A stretch of 64,000 nucleotides of DNA, taken from assembly GCA_965113315.1 (NCBI GenBank), contig OZ220367.1. One strand, given 5' to 3'. The notes beneath the pieces were generated by a model that saw only the letters and a list, made by a program, of their open reading frames with translations, did not search any database and was not told where the DNA came from. The position numbers and the translations under genes are program-made. This document shows, piece by piece, positions 38,469 to 51,294 of this stretch (position 1 is its first letter; each line of letters starts with the position of its first letter). This DNA comes from Podarcis vaucheri (Eukaryota).

Positions 38469-39557
38469 TTCTCATAATTATTTCAAGGGTAGGTTGTACA
38501 GATGGAAAATAGAATTTCAAGTTATGAATTATGGTCCTAAAGATCTAATAAATTAATACAACTACATTTTTCATTAGATTCTAGCTGTGATTAAGGGGCC
38601 ATGTAACCAACTGAATGAAGAGATTTATTAGGAATGAGTAAATCTTCTGATCTGGATTGTGATTAAGTGACTACATGGCTAATGAATCCATGAACTGACA
38701 GATATTTTTCTTTTTAGCTGTGAGAGGGAGCAACTTTGCCAAATTGAAACTTTTGCTGCCTCTAGCTTAAGGACAATGTGGGGGCAGCATCCACTAATTC
38801 TAGTGGTTTTGAGGAAGAGAGTAACTTTGCAGGTGTGCATCGGAAATTAAGCTCTTTCTCAAGTCTAACATTTTACACCACTCTGTCCCTCTTAGGAGCA
38901 CTTTCTCCTAACTTCTCTTGGTTGTAACATTGAAATGCCCACAAAAAGTAGGTGGGAGTGTGTCAAACAATGGAAATGACTGCTGTGATGGCCCTGCCCT
39001 CTGCTGACTGTTGCAGTAATGCCATGCTATGAGTTCAGCTGTAAGGTGTAAATGGCTCTTCTTATTTGTCATTTTATGGAGGAAAGGTCTCTCTAGTCAA
39101 CTTGACGCCCACTGTATTACATTAAGGGAAATGCTCCATGTACTTTAATTTTGTGGCTCTCCAATAAAAATAGGCACCAGGCCATGATGTGAAATAGCTG
39201 AAAGCAAGGCCTTTTCTATTCTTTTTTTTAAAAAAGAGCTATTTAAACAATTAGCAGTTTCAATCACATTCACATCTTGTTTCTTTGGAAAGCAGGCAGA
39301 AGAATTTGGCTCCCCACCACCCCCATATAGACCTGCTGGTGTTAAGTACTCTGGGAGAGATGAGATAATCTGGCTCCAGCTGTTAAACTAAATGGATTTG
39401 GCTTGGAGCCATATTGGTTTTTATTCACACCAGTAGAAAGGTTAATATACTAGCCTCTCACCTCTCCAGGCTCAAATGGCACAATCCTAGGTCCATTTGG
39501 ATTTACTGAGCCAAATGCAAAGAAGGGTGTGCATAGGACTTTATAGCATTAATGACA

Positions 39558-40452
39558 TTTCTTTTTCTTTTTGTAAATGATATTTATTGAAACAAAAGAA
39601 TTTTTTAAAATTACACAAAAAAGACAAAATTACAAAAAAGAAAGAAAAACAAAAACATAAGAAGAAAAATAAAAAATAAAACCATCCTTTTCAAATTCTC
39701 CAATTTCCATTACCTTCTTTCCATGACCTCCTCCTCCTCCCATCTCTTGTACCTTGATTAGTAATTGTCACAGCAAATCCTTTCCATAATTCATAATATT
39801 TTATCATTACGTTACCTTACTCTATTCTCATTTTGTCTCGTAAAAACGACCTTAGAGCTTAAAACTTAAATCTTTTTTACCAACTTCTCATAACCATTAC
39901 CTTTTTGCCAAATTCTTTAAACATTTTAACAAGAGCCAAGTAATTTCATTTCAACATTTTCCCAACATTCATAAAACATTTCTAGTAATAGTAATGCAAA
40001 AAAAAGTACAATAGAATAAAAGCAATCCAATCTTCTTCCAGCGTCCCCTCCCCCCGGTCCCAGGGTTGTCAGTCTTTTTCCCCATTAGTCTGGCACATTA
40101 ACCTGGTGCCCTTATATCCAAGGCCTTCAAATCTCTTCCATGTCCCTTTCGCAGCTCTTCTTCATATTTTCCTTTCACTCGCGGGAACTCCAGCTTTGTA
40201 GTGTTTTTGACCCTTTTCAACAAATCAGCCCCTTTCTCATAGTCCAGACTAAGCTCCATGTGATGTTTTAAAGCATATTTCAGATTCCCAACAGCTCCAA
40301 ACCTCTGACGACCCATTTCCAGACTCGGAAAGTCCAAACATCCCTGCATAGGGGGGTCAGTCCAACCCCCCCATTTCCAGTTCAATCCAAACTTTATCTT
40401 TCCAAGTCTGTTTTTTTCCAAGTTCATTTGTCAAATCCAAATTTCCTGCTGG
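39558..40452 (-). mobile_element. 5'-truncated, diverged second copy of the same half-L1-like family
   Basis: ORF 40098-40427 (WTDPPMQGC...LEFP...KYEEELRKGHGRDLKALDIRAPG*) is clearly homologous to 14445-14831. It has the same junction to an L1-type 3' end, with a poly(A) signal (tttatt near 39583) and a T-rich tail on the + strand. Confidence 0.8.
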
Positions 40453-41077
40453 GCATTTCTAATGCAGATTTTAGAAGGAATAATAGACTGAAACCCACAA
40501 CTCTTATGGAGCTACACTGTCTTTCCCTTTAGAATAGTTTGCTTTCTTTTAAAAATAGTGGCCTGGGGATGGTGAATAGCATTTCATTGTGCCAGGTGGG
40601 AGCATGTGCCCGATCAAAACCATCATCCTTAATGTGAGCTGGGGTCTTTAGTTTGACTTAACATTCTGTCTGCAACTGAGCTGTACCTGGTGGCAATGCC
40701 CTGTGTTATCAGCAAGTTTGGTAGCTAAGTCTCTGCTCACCATGCCTTCAGTCTGCCATGTATCCCACTAGTGGGTAAAGTAGCCCTAAAAGCATGCCCA
40801 TGGCTCAGCTGAACACGGCAATGTCACAATTCAATTCAGTAAGCATGTGTAGGATAACATGCTACGCTTTGTATTTTAGTATGAGCTCGATGCCATACCT
40901 ATCTTCAGAAGTGAGGAGGCAGTGCAAAATACAGTCCATCTTGTTCTTTCCATTGGTGACAAAGAAGGGAAAGAAAGTTGGTGGGAGGTGTTTAGGGGTA
41001 ACCGTTTAAGTTTCAAAGACAACTGTCAGCTCAACCTCACACCCATTTTCAAAGGGGCCACAAATGATGCCCTCAAA

Positions 41078-41276
41078 GAAGAAGAGTTTGGATTTGATAC
41101 CCCGCTTTATTACTACCCTAAGGAGCCTCAAAGTGGCTAACATTCTCCTTTCCCTTCCTCACCCACAACAAACACTCTGTGAGGTGAGTGGGGCTGAGAG
41201 ACTTCAAAGAAGTGTGACTAGTCCAAGGTCACCCAGCAGCTGCATGTGGAGGAGCGGAGACCCGAACCCAGTTCAC
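41078..41276 (-). mobile_element. tRNA-derived SINE, 5'-truncated
   Basis: Reverse-complement copy of the 2237 family. Confidence 0.82.
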
Positions 41277-41345
41277 ACAGTATGAGAGCTGCCTTGAAAA
41301 CTGAAAAATCAGGATAAAATTGGGTGTGCAGATTAAGGACACAAC

Positions 41346-41500
41346 CAGAGCTTTTTTTCTGGGGGTACGCAGGGGTACGCATACCCCTAAACATTTTGTG
41401 AATCCAAGTTTGGCCTCATTGAGGGGCAGTATTTCAATATGAGTTGGAAAATGAGAGTACCCCTAAATATTATTATTTTTTTGGGGGGGGGAAAGCACTG
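41346..41500. mobile_element. hAT-type MITE, same family as 1875-2025
   Basis: Near-identical internal sequence and perfect 8-bp TSD GACACAAC. Confidence 0.88.
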
Positions 41501-44248
41501 GACACAACTGTCCTTTTCAAACTCAAGCTCCACTCTGACACCCATTGCAAATGATGTTAACACTGAAAAGTGATATAGTCACAGAGAAACCTCCATTTAG
41601 TGGAGTGCTTAGTTTATGACTGTGTCATCCTCATAAGATGGTTATGAAACCTTAATAAGAAGATTTGGACAATTAAATTTATGAATCATTAAGATCAGTC
41701 TACTTGAACACCTCCCCCCCTTTCCTCATCATTCTCTGTACTCTCATTTATTTATTTGCTCATTCTAATGATAAGTAGTTTCATTGAGAGACCTATAAAT
41801 CTAAGATAACTTATAAGGGACCAGAGCCATTGAAAAAAAAATAGGAGTTTGAGGAATCAGGATAGACTTTTTAAAAAAGGGATCTGATCAGCTTGAGGCA
41901 ACATGATACAATGGTCACACCAGAGGTACCTTCCAAAAATGATGCTCAAAAATCCCCTGGGGGGGGTGAACTGGAAACATCTGGGAAGGCTCTTGAGCCT
42001 GCTTTTGGTAAAATAAAATTAAAAAATTCTTTGGCCCCAGCTTCTTGTTAGGAGGTGCAATTTGACCAAAAGTCTTGTGCCATAGACTTCATTACATTAC
42101 ATTTTAAAGGACATAAAATCACCATATGGACCACCCAAGATAAGTAAATTGCAAAATTAATGCCCTATAAGGCGCACTGCAGTTGTTTTCACTGCCCCAA
42201 ACAATTACCCATAAGGCAAACCACTATCATTCCTATTTCATAGATGGAGACCTGAAGCTGGGAGACCCGAAGCCATCCAGTGAGATGATTACAGTCCATT
42301 ACAGCGTCACAAATCTGGAAGGAACCCAAGGTTTAACTCCTCATTATGGGATTGTCATGGCAACAGCATTCCTGGGGAGATCATATTATATTATATCTCA
42401 TATGACATATTCCATACAAAAATAAAATAAGCGGTATATGTGAGGTGGAGGAAATGAAGCAAAGATATCTTTAAATGCTAATTAGCATTTGAAATCAAAG
42501 CCCAATCAAAGCTCCAGTTTTCTGTAGATACTGCTGAAAACTGGTGTTGCCAAGGTGCACTGTTAATATAAGTAGAGTGCTATCATGTTGTATAAATAGC
42601 CTGTGGCTGTTCTTTGCCTTATATAGCTCTTAAATTATGTGTTATTTCCCCTCAGAAATTGCCAGGTTCCATATATTCTTATACCAAATGAATGCATCTG
42701 AAGGATTTCCCCATCAAGACTCTCTCAGACTGCCATGCTGTTCCATGAAGGCTGGGGAGGGGAGCAACTCAACACACTTCTGGTCTCTGCCCCCATGTTG
42801 AGTAACATTGGGAGTATTAATGCATGGAAAGGGCTGATGTCACCAAGAAACCCTTATTACCAAATATTCCCTCATTCGACCATCAACTCCAGAGCTGAAG
42901 GCTGAAGTGAGAAAGCATGCATATTCCCACTGTGAGGAAGCCACTAACAAAATCTGGTGCATTTGTTAACTCCTGGATAACATCAATTCAGTATCAAGAG
43001 GAAATGAAGGGGGATGCTTAATGAACTACTATCAAGATGAAAAGATTGTTTTGCTCCACTGGGTGGTACAGCTGCACAGGCTTCTTTTGTTTCCTCTTTG
43101 GTATTTTGCATTTCAGCATATTTTGACAATTGTGTGAGGAAATAAATCTCTCTCTGTGTGTTTGCTCTCAAGAGTACTTGAACATTAACTAAAAGTCCAA
43201 TATGTATGTTTTAAATTGATTCCCTTATCCTGCTGAATAGAAGACTTTCCTCCCACCTTCTCAAATACTTCATATTCGTATTGATAAATACATCCATACA
43301 AGCCCCTTTCTTTATTGTTAAGAACCTGCCAAAATTATTCCTACGGTTAGTGGAGCTACTGAAGTACTATTTGCTACTTTGGGGTGGGTAGTCTTTTCTT
43401 GTTTATGTACAAAGAACATAGACAAGAAGTTTCATTTCTTTTGGATTTTGGTGTTTGAAATCAAGAATGAAAAACTACATTTTCTTCAGATAGTAACTCC
43501 TTGATTCAACAGGCGTAACAAAAATAATAGCCTAATATAACAGTGTCAGGCCACTGGCTGATCTAGCCCAATTCTGTGTACTCTGACTAATGATGGCTCC
43601 CCAAGGTTATAGGAAGGAGGTCGCTATTTGATATTATTTCATTGGTGATGCAGAAGAGTGAACCTTTGACTATTTACAAGCAAATAATGTTCTTTGCAAC
43701 TAAAATGATTTGTGTAGTTTTGTGAACCTTCTCCAAATTTGTGAAGCATGGAATTTGCACCATCAGGGTGCTTAATGCCAAAATGAAAGTCAGCACCTTG
43801 GGAACATGGTGGCCTCATGCTGAAAAGTTAGCACTGGAAAAACCAGCTAATTTTGCCAGTACTGTTATATTTATCAGAACAACGTATGATTCTCTTTCCA
43901 GATTGCTCAAAACAGGGTTGTATCAAATCAATTTCTGTATTGCTTGTCTGTCCAGTGCTAAAACAAATAAAAGGAGTATTTAGAAGAAAAGTTCAAAAAT
44001 CTAAAACCATATGTTCATGCTCAAAGTTTGAAACAATTAATCAATAATTTTTGGCTATATCTTTATTCATTTACTGCTAAAGTTTTTATCCAGACCTTCA
44101 AAGGTCAAATGGCACGCCCGGGTAAGCTTACAAAAATGCAAAATAAATAGATATGGATAGTGCAGAAATCTAAATCAATCAAAAGCACAGTGTAATATAA
44201 AAGTGTAAAAAAAAAACAAAAACCCCACAGCAGCTTAAAAGAATTATA

Positions 44249-44773
44249 CAGTGGTGCCCCGCAAGACGAACGCCTCGCGAGACGAAAAACTCGCAAAACG
44301 AAAGGTTTTTTCGTTTTCAAGTTGCTTCGCAAGACGAATTTCCCTATGGGCTTGCTTCGCAAAATGAAGCTTGCCCCGCAAGCTCCAGGGACAGCGCGAA
44401 GCACAGCGCGTCTTCCCCGCTGTCCCCGGACCTCTTTTGAAGCAAGGGGCGGCGGGGAGAAGATCGCTTCTCCCCGTTGCCAGCCCCGCAAGCTCCGGGG
44501 ACAGAGGGGAAGGCGCAGTGCCTTCCCCTCTCTCCCCGGACCCCTTTTGAACCAAGGGGCGGCAAAGGGGAGTAGCGATCTTCTCCTCTCCGCCCCTTGC
44601 TTCAAAAGAGGGGACAGAGCGGCGCTTCCCCTCTGTCCCCAGACGGTCTCCATAGTAACGCATTGATTGATTTTCAATGCATTCCTATGGGAAACCGTGC
44701 TTCGCAAGACGAAAAACTCACAAGAAGAAAAAACTTGTGGAACGAATTAATTTCGTCTTGCGAGGCACCACTG
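44249..44773. mobile_element. Young GC-rich Tc1/mariner-type MITE with long subterminal inverted repeats
   Basis: TA|CAGTGGTGCCCCGCAAGACGAA...TTCGTCTTGCGAGGCACCACTG|TA, repeated CGCAAGACGAA motifs and intact CpGs. Confidence 0.88.
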
Positions 44774-45537
44774 TAAACTGTACAGGTTAGCAAATAGACA
44801 TTCACTTTGTGCTGAAATGATAGCAAGGTGGGCCTCAGGTAAACCTCCTTGAGGTGGGCATTCCATAGGTAAGGCATCATAATCATAAAGGCTCTTTATC
44901 TTTGATTGTCATCCATGTAATGTCTGATAGTAGCAGCTCAAAAAAGCCACCCTTGTCCATGGTGGGTGACAAGGGTCTTCCTGGGTCCTAAATCATGCAA
45001 AGTTTTGAAGGTCAGTCCCAGCACTTTGAACTGAGCCGAGAACTCAATACCAGGTCAGTGAAGTTAGTTTAAAACAGCTTTGAATATACGGTAATCCTGC
45101 TTCCTGGTCCCTGTTATTTAGTGATATTTAGTAGTTTGGAATAACTGAGAACTGTTTTGCATGATACGTTTTGCATTTGAGAATGTACTCCAGGGTACAC
45201 AAAATATGTGTGCATGAAGAGCACTCATATGCCTGAAATCATTGGATTTCCCTTGAAATAGGTATGCACAGCTGCATGGCAAAGAACTGGCCCAGGCTAA
45301 TTATATGTGAAGGTAAAAATTGCACTTCATAACTGATGTTATATTTTATATGCAGGAATTTGTTCCAGGCTATACAGTACAGTCAGAGGCAATATGTCTC
45401 TGAATGGTATTTGCTGGAAATGGCAAATGGGGAGAGTGCAGTTGCACCCAGGACTTGCTTGTGGGCTTCCAACAGGCGTCCGGCTGGCCCCTATAAGAAT
45501 AAAATGTTGGACTGGATGGGCCTCTGGCCTCATCTAG

Positions 45538-45887
45538 AAGATAAAGGGACCCCTGACCATTAGGTCCAGTCGTGACTGACTCTGGAGTTGTGGCGCTCAT
45601 CTCGCTTTAGTGGCCGAGGGAGCCAGCGTGCAGCTTCCAGGTCATGTGGCCAGCATGACTAAGCCGCTTCTGGCGAACCAGAGCAGCACACGGAAACACC
45701 ATTTACCTTTCTGCCGGAGCGGTACCTATTTATCTACTTTCACTTTGACATGCTTTTGAACTGCTAGGTTGGCAGGAGCAGGGACCAAGAAACAGGAGCT
45801 CACCCCATCGCGGGGATTCGAACCGCCGACCTTCTGATCGGCAAGTCCTATGCTCTGTGGTTTAGACCACAGCGCCACCCGTGTCCC
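45538..45887 (-). mobile_element. Sauria SINE, full length
   Basis: Complete head to tail on the minus strand, with TSD CCTCATCTAG at 45528-45537 and 45887-45896. Confidence 0.9.
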
Positions 45888-46649
45888 CTCATCTAGCAGG
45901 AGTCTAATGCTATTAAATTAATATATCATAAACAGTGCTAATAAGATGAATTTTGCCCAGGGTGGAGAAACAGAAGTTTATCAACTAATTGTGGGGCAGG
46001 AGGTGAAAAACTAAAATTCTGAGGCTCTTATTCTTGTTCCAGCACCACAAACAGCTCCTTTGTAATCTGCATAATATTCAAGACTTTTATCCGAGAGTGA
46101 GACAGTTCAGAGTGTACATTTGGTGATTCCTGATAAATGTGATAAAAGCCTTGCATCTGAAGCGGCCAATGTTTCAAAAAACAAAACAAAATGGTTATGG
46201 CTATTATTAAATCTGAAAGCTGGCTCAGGACTGGCACTAATTGCATTCATTACTGTATTGGGACTGCTAAGGTCACAGATTCTTCCAGGACAAATTGTAT
46301 TATATTACTTCAAGTGAACTGAGACTTGGGGACTTTTGAGAAGTTTCGTTTTCCAAAGTCGAATGAAGCCATGTTGCAATTTCGTGGCCTCTGTCAACTT
46401 GCATCTATGCTGCATTTCATAGCACTGTGGTCTCTGTTCCCAACTGGCTCAACAGCACTTTAACCTCACACAAAATCCTGGGTGTCATTTAAGATTAAGT
46501 CCAAGATGTCCACCCCTCTGTTCAGTTCCATGACCAGCTCTGCTAGAACTCAATCATTTAGGGGATCTGGAAATTGTACCTCTTTTTTGTGACTGAACAA
46601 CATAAGTACCCATTATATATAAGGGTAATTGAAATACTATATAGCACTT

Positions 46650-46980
46650 CTTCCTTTGGATGTTTCCATGATTTCATTCTCTATCACAAGATCACCCTGG
46701 CCATTTTGGTGAGGGAGATGAGATTATGTCTGCAATGCTAGATTGCTTTTGGGGCCAGGTATCACCACCCACAACAATTTGGTGATTTCTAGCTTGATGG
46801 ACTCTGTATCCTCTTTGATGTTCAGATCAACACTATCTCCAGTATGTCCTTTCCTGTCCTTCTTATAGAGATAACTGTAACCCCCTGGTTCACTCTATTC
46901 CACCAGGTTTCTGTTATGCTCACAATATCTGTGCTTTTCTCAAAACTAAGCACTCCAGAGATCCCATCTTTGCTCAGATG
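46650..46980 (-). mobile_element. Decayed CR1 endonuclease-region fragment
   Basis: The minus strand encodes DIVSITETW and LYKKDRKGHTG-like APE motifs. Confidence 0.55.
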
Positions 46981-47782
46981 TGATTATTAACACTAGCTCC
47001 AATAAACCTAATTAGCAGCAGAATAAAAATTGCATCCAAATAACTAATGCCCCGTCCCTCTGTTTTATTGCTTTTGCAGCATTAAAAGCAAAACAGTTCA
47101 TACATTGACTTGAACCCAGTCATGCAAAACCTGTTCTCAGCAGCTTGCTAACTAGATTTAAAATATTATCACTTGCTTTGTGGCAAAGCATTAGAGAATA
47201 ACATGCTGCTTTTGCAAATATAACCAGGCATTAAACTCTTGCCTTGCATTGTGTGTTGAAACCTCACAGCTGATCACAAATCAGAATGCTGGGATTCAGA
47301 AGTCTTACACTATTAGCCATCAAAATTTAGATTTGTAAAATATTTCTTCCCCAGCTTCTCTGTTCTATCATGCTGAAGGACCAGCATTATGCATCTTTCT
47401 CTGTGAATAAACTCTATACCTACTATTGCTTAGTTTTCTTTTTGGGATTAATCTTTGCTGTTCATTTCCTTCTGAAAGAGTAAGGCTCAATATTTACAGC
47501 CTAATAAGGCTTGAGTTTACAGGTTCCAGTTAAGCTGCTGCTGAATTACAACTCATTACCAAACTCAAAACCATGGAGAGACCTGGTTTGAACAAAGACA
47601 TTGGATTCTTATCTCATTATACATGACTAAGCCATTTTTCACCTTCTCACCCCTTGTCTTTTCCTGGAAGACCTATTGCAGTTGTTAAGAGTCGTCAACA
47701 GGCTCATCTCAGCTATCTGCCAATCTCCCATTCCCACCACCCTTCTGAGTAATACCCCTCCCCACCTTCTCACTATATAGAA

Positions 47783-48435
47783 CAGTGTTTCCCAACCCGT
47801 GTTCCGCGGCACACTAGTGTGCCGTGGAACGTTGCCTTGTGTTCTGTGGGAGGGAGGCGGGCGAGTCGGGCGGTGAGAGGCGGGGCAGCGGCGGCGAGCA
47901 CACGCGGGGCGGCGAGCGAGCGAGCTCCCACATCCCATCGCCGCTCGCTACTGGGCCTGCACTTCCGGGCCTGCCCCAGGAGGTGGGGTTGCGGGCATCA
48001 CGCCCTTCCCCACGTGAGCGGGGAATCCCATCTCAGCCCCCGCGAGAGCAGGGGAATCCCATCCGGCCACGCCTCCTGGCCAGCCAATCGGCTGGCTGGA
48101 GGGGGCGTGGCTTGCCCTATTTAGGGCCGGAGCGGAGGGGGCTCGCCCTCTCTTCTCCGGCTAGCCCCATCGCCGCTCGCTACTGGGCCTGCGCATGCTC
48201 GGCGAGCACACGCGGGGCGGCGAGCGAGCGAATCCCATCTGCCCCCACATGAGCGGGGAATCCCATCTCAGCCCCCGCGAGAGCAGGGGAATCCCATCTG
48301 GCCACGCCTCCTGGCCAGCCAATCAGCTGGATGGAGGGGGCGTGGCTTGCCCTATTTAGGGCCGGAGCGGGTGTGCCGCGAGATGTTTTTCATGAAACAA
48401 GTGTGCCTTTGCCCAAAAAAGGTTGGGAAACACTG
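47783..48435. mobile_element. Young CpG-rich hAT non-autonomous element with internal duplications
   Basis: Perfect 15-bp TIR CAGTGTTTCCCAACC, perfect 8-bp TSD ATATAGAA, intact CpGs and repeated internal segments. Confidence 0.9.
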
Positions 48436-48449
48436 ATATAGAAGGATCC

Positions 48450-48560
48450 GGCAACTTCTGTTTCAGTGTATCTGAAGAAGTGTGCATGCACACAAAAGCT
48501 CATACCAAGAACTAACTAGTTGGTCTTTAAGGTGCTACTGGAAGGATTTTTTTTATTTTG
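48450..48560 (+). mobile_element. Penelope-like element fragment with a degenerate minimal hammerhead motif
   Basis: gtat-CTGAAGA-a-GTGTGCATGCACAC-(G>A)AAA-GCTC-atac at 48468-48505. Confidence 0.65.
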
Positions 48561-49973
48561 AGTTTACAGGGATTCTTAACCTGATGTCCTGAGGGATGTC
48601 AGGCAGAGATGCATCCTATGGCCTCTTGCCCTTCTTGACATTGGACAAAGGAGAGAACATGTGCAAAAGCAACCATACCAGTCAGGGAAGGCTCCTATTG
48701 CTAATAGGCCAAAGGGCCGATGCATTATACACTGGGCAACCTTTGAAAAGAGTTATAAAATGGCAGCAATTTAGCGATCCAATTGTTGACCAAATATACT
48801 GTAGAAAACCGATTCTGGCACTACTGCACTGGCTAGATCTATAAGACCTGGCTTTTATTTGTTGAGTTTGCTATAATAGGCTTTAGTGTTTGTACTATTA
48901 ATTTTTAAAAGTCTCTTAATGGTCGCATTTGTGAGGAACATCATCATCATTATTCTCCCTGAATCTCATAAAAGCTTCCAGGGTCAGACTTATTTACTAG
49001 TCTTCTGAGCAAATAGGAGATGCACTACATCTATGTGCGACACAGGTAGGTGGGTAGCATAGGAATGAGGCTAAAATTGTCCTCACCTACTGACAAGGAC
49101 CTACAGGTTGATGTGGAATGAATATGTTGCCTTAATCATTTGAACAGCATTGCACATCTGGGCCTCTCAGTTTCCATCCAACACCAACTTTTTGATCATT
49201 CGCTCATGCTTAGTGAAGACTAATGGCCACAAGCTTTGGCAAGAGTCACAGTGGCCCATGTGAATATGTATACTGAGAACCCATTGTATGAGTAGCAGAG
49301 AAGGAGCTGGTGAGTGTGTGTGGGAGCAGGATACATTAGAAGATAGAAGCAAGCAGCAAATTCACCTGGCCTTTCCTCCCTCCTCTACTAAGACAGTATT
49401 ATTTAGCCACCTGGTTTGCCCTATGACAGCCTTCCCTAAGCAGGTACTGTACATTGGCTTTTGGACTACAGCTTTCATCAGTATCAACCTCTGCAGGGCA
49501 TCAGGTTGGGAAAGGCTGACCTAAACTCAGGTACGCTGTGGAAACTCTTGAAGCCTTCCAAATCTGTGAACAATGTTTACGATCTGAAGCTTCTCACACT
49601 GGTGAAAAATTTACTAGCGGTGGGAAATGTTTCCTGCTTCTATTATTGATTTGTTGATGACACATGCACAGGTTATGTGGAATGCATTGAAGAATGCTCT
49701 CTCTTTCTCTTTTCATAGATGTCCACCCCCCCATCTTTCCTTCTCACACCATAAACCAAAAGAAAGAGAGGTGGCTTTTCCCCAGAGATGCTATCAAATC
49801 AATGACTCTAAACCTAGTCCTGATTTTTTTAAAGAAAACCTGGCCTACAGGCTTTTCTTTTGCAATGGTAGGGGACTACACTATTGATTCCAGCACACTT
49901 CATTTCCTTATTCCACATGGAACTTCTATATATGAACTTCTTGCACTGGTTGAAAAAGATTGCTTCTCTTCCA

Positions 49974-50131
49974 TTAAAGGTAAAGGGACCCCTGGCCGTT
50001 AAGTCCAGTCGTGAACGACTCTGGGGTTGCAGCACTCACCTTGTTTTACAGGCCGAGGGAGCTGGTGTTTGTCCACTCCGCAGACAGTTTTTCTGGGTCA
50101 TGTGGCCAACATGACTAAGCCGCTTCTGGCG
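49974..50131 (-). mobile_element. Sauria SINE, 3' half
   Basis: aaggtaaagggacccctg... tail and body homologous to 45538-45887. Confidence 0.82.
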
Positions 50132-51294
50132 CTTAGGTACAGCATAAACATATATTTGTGGGATTAGTGTAAAGATATAGGTCAGAGGTGAACTTTTCTG
50201 CAGCGTGAGGGTTGCAGTCTAAGGGCCACCTATCAGTGGTGTGTGTGGCCGGAAAGGAGGGGCTGGCGCAGGGCCAGTGATGGATATGGTGAGAGAATCC
50301 CAAGGGCCAGATGTCTGGACAGCTGCATTTGACTTTCGTACTTGAGGTTCCCCATCCCTCCTAAAGACAGAGTGAAACAATGCATCTCTGCTAGATGTGG
50401 CAAGGAACTCATTGAAAGACCCCAAAGGATCATTAGATATCTTATTGGCTTTCTCTATGTGTTTGGTGGAAACTGCAAGGGAAGGCAGCATATAATCAAA
50501 CTCTAGTATGGCTCAAGTGGAGGTACAGAGTGATTTTGACACTGCTGTTATTTCCAAATCTACTCTGGGAGCTATTGAAGTTCCACACCATACTATCAGG
50601 ACCTCCTTGACCTTGTTTGTCAGCTATACATTCCTGCCATTTTGATATGGTCTAACTTTGTTTTTCCAGAAACGTAAGGAAGTCCATGCACCACTTAAGT
50701 ATTATTTAACTGGCATGTGACAGCAAATTCCGAAGCTATTTTCACGGCATGGAAAATTGCTAATCATGGGTCAAAAGCGTTATTGGATGGCTGGTATGTA
50801 GCTAGGATCACTTTAGCCTGAATTAAGCAACCCCATGCTTTATATGATGTTCACCTTGCTGCTAGTATACAATGAAATGAAAGGAACCAAATTATGATGA
50901 GCACTTCATGAAACGAGGCTATCATGTAATAATTGCCATAATCACACAGATAATAAATCTACGCTAGCCATTCCAAGAAACTCCATTTGGTAGGCTTATG
51001 CAAATTGCTTTTTGATGAATGAAAGAAAAGGTTATAGTAAACAATGTCTAATATTTTTTATCAGGTCTAGTATATGGTCTTGACTCCACCCATGCGGCCA
51101 AATCCATACTGACTCCCCTTCTGTTTTAAGAACAGCAGAAGAGCCTGCTGGATGAGACCAATGGCCCATCTAGACCAGCATCCTTTTCTTACTGTGACCA
51201 GCCAGATGCCTGTAGGAAACCCATAAGAAGGACTTGAGCACAACGACACTCCCCCTTGTGGTTTTCTGGAACTTGTATCCACAAGCATTGCAAA

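Noticed and set aside
43789-43812. REST/RE1-like TCAGCACC
   Set aside because: Only the left half-site is present; the GGACAG right half is absent.
44105-44707. 200-aa and overlapping ORFs with CpG-island-like composition
   Set aside because: Almost entirely within a TA-flanked MITE with TIRs; GC-rich repeats lack stops by chance, and there is no transposase motif.
47639-48252. CpG island / Arg-Gly-rich ORFs
   Set aside because: Essentially confined to a hAT element with perfect TIRs and TSD; not a host promoter or gene.
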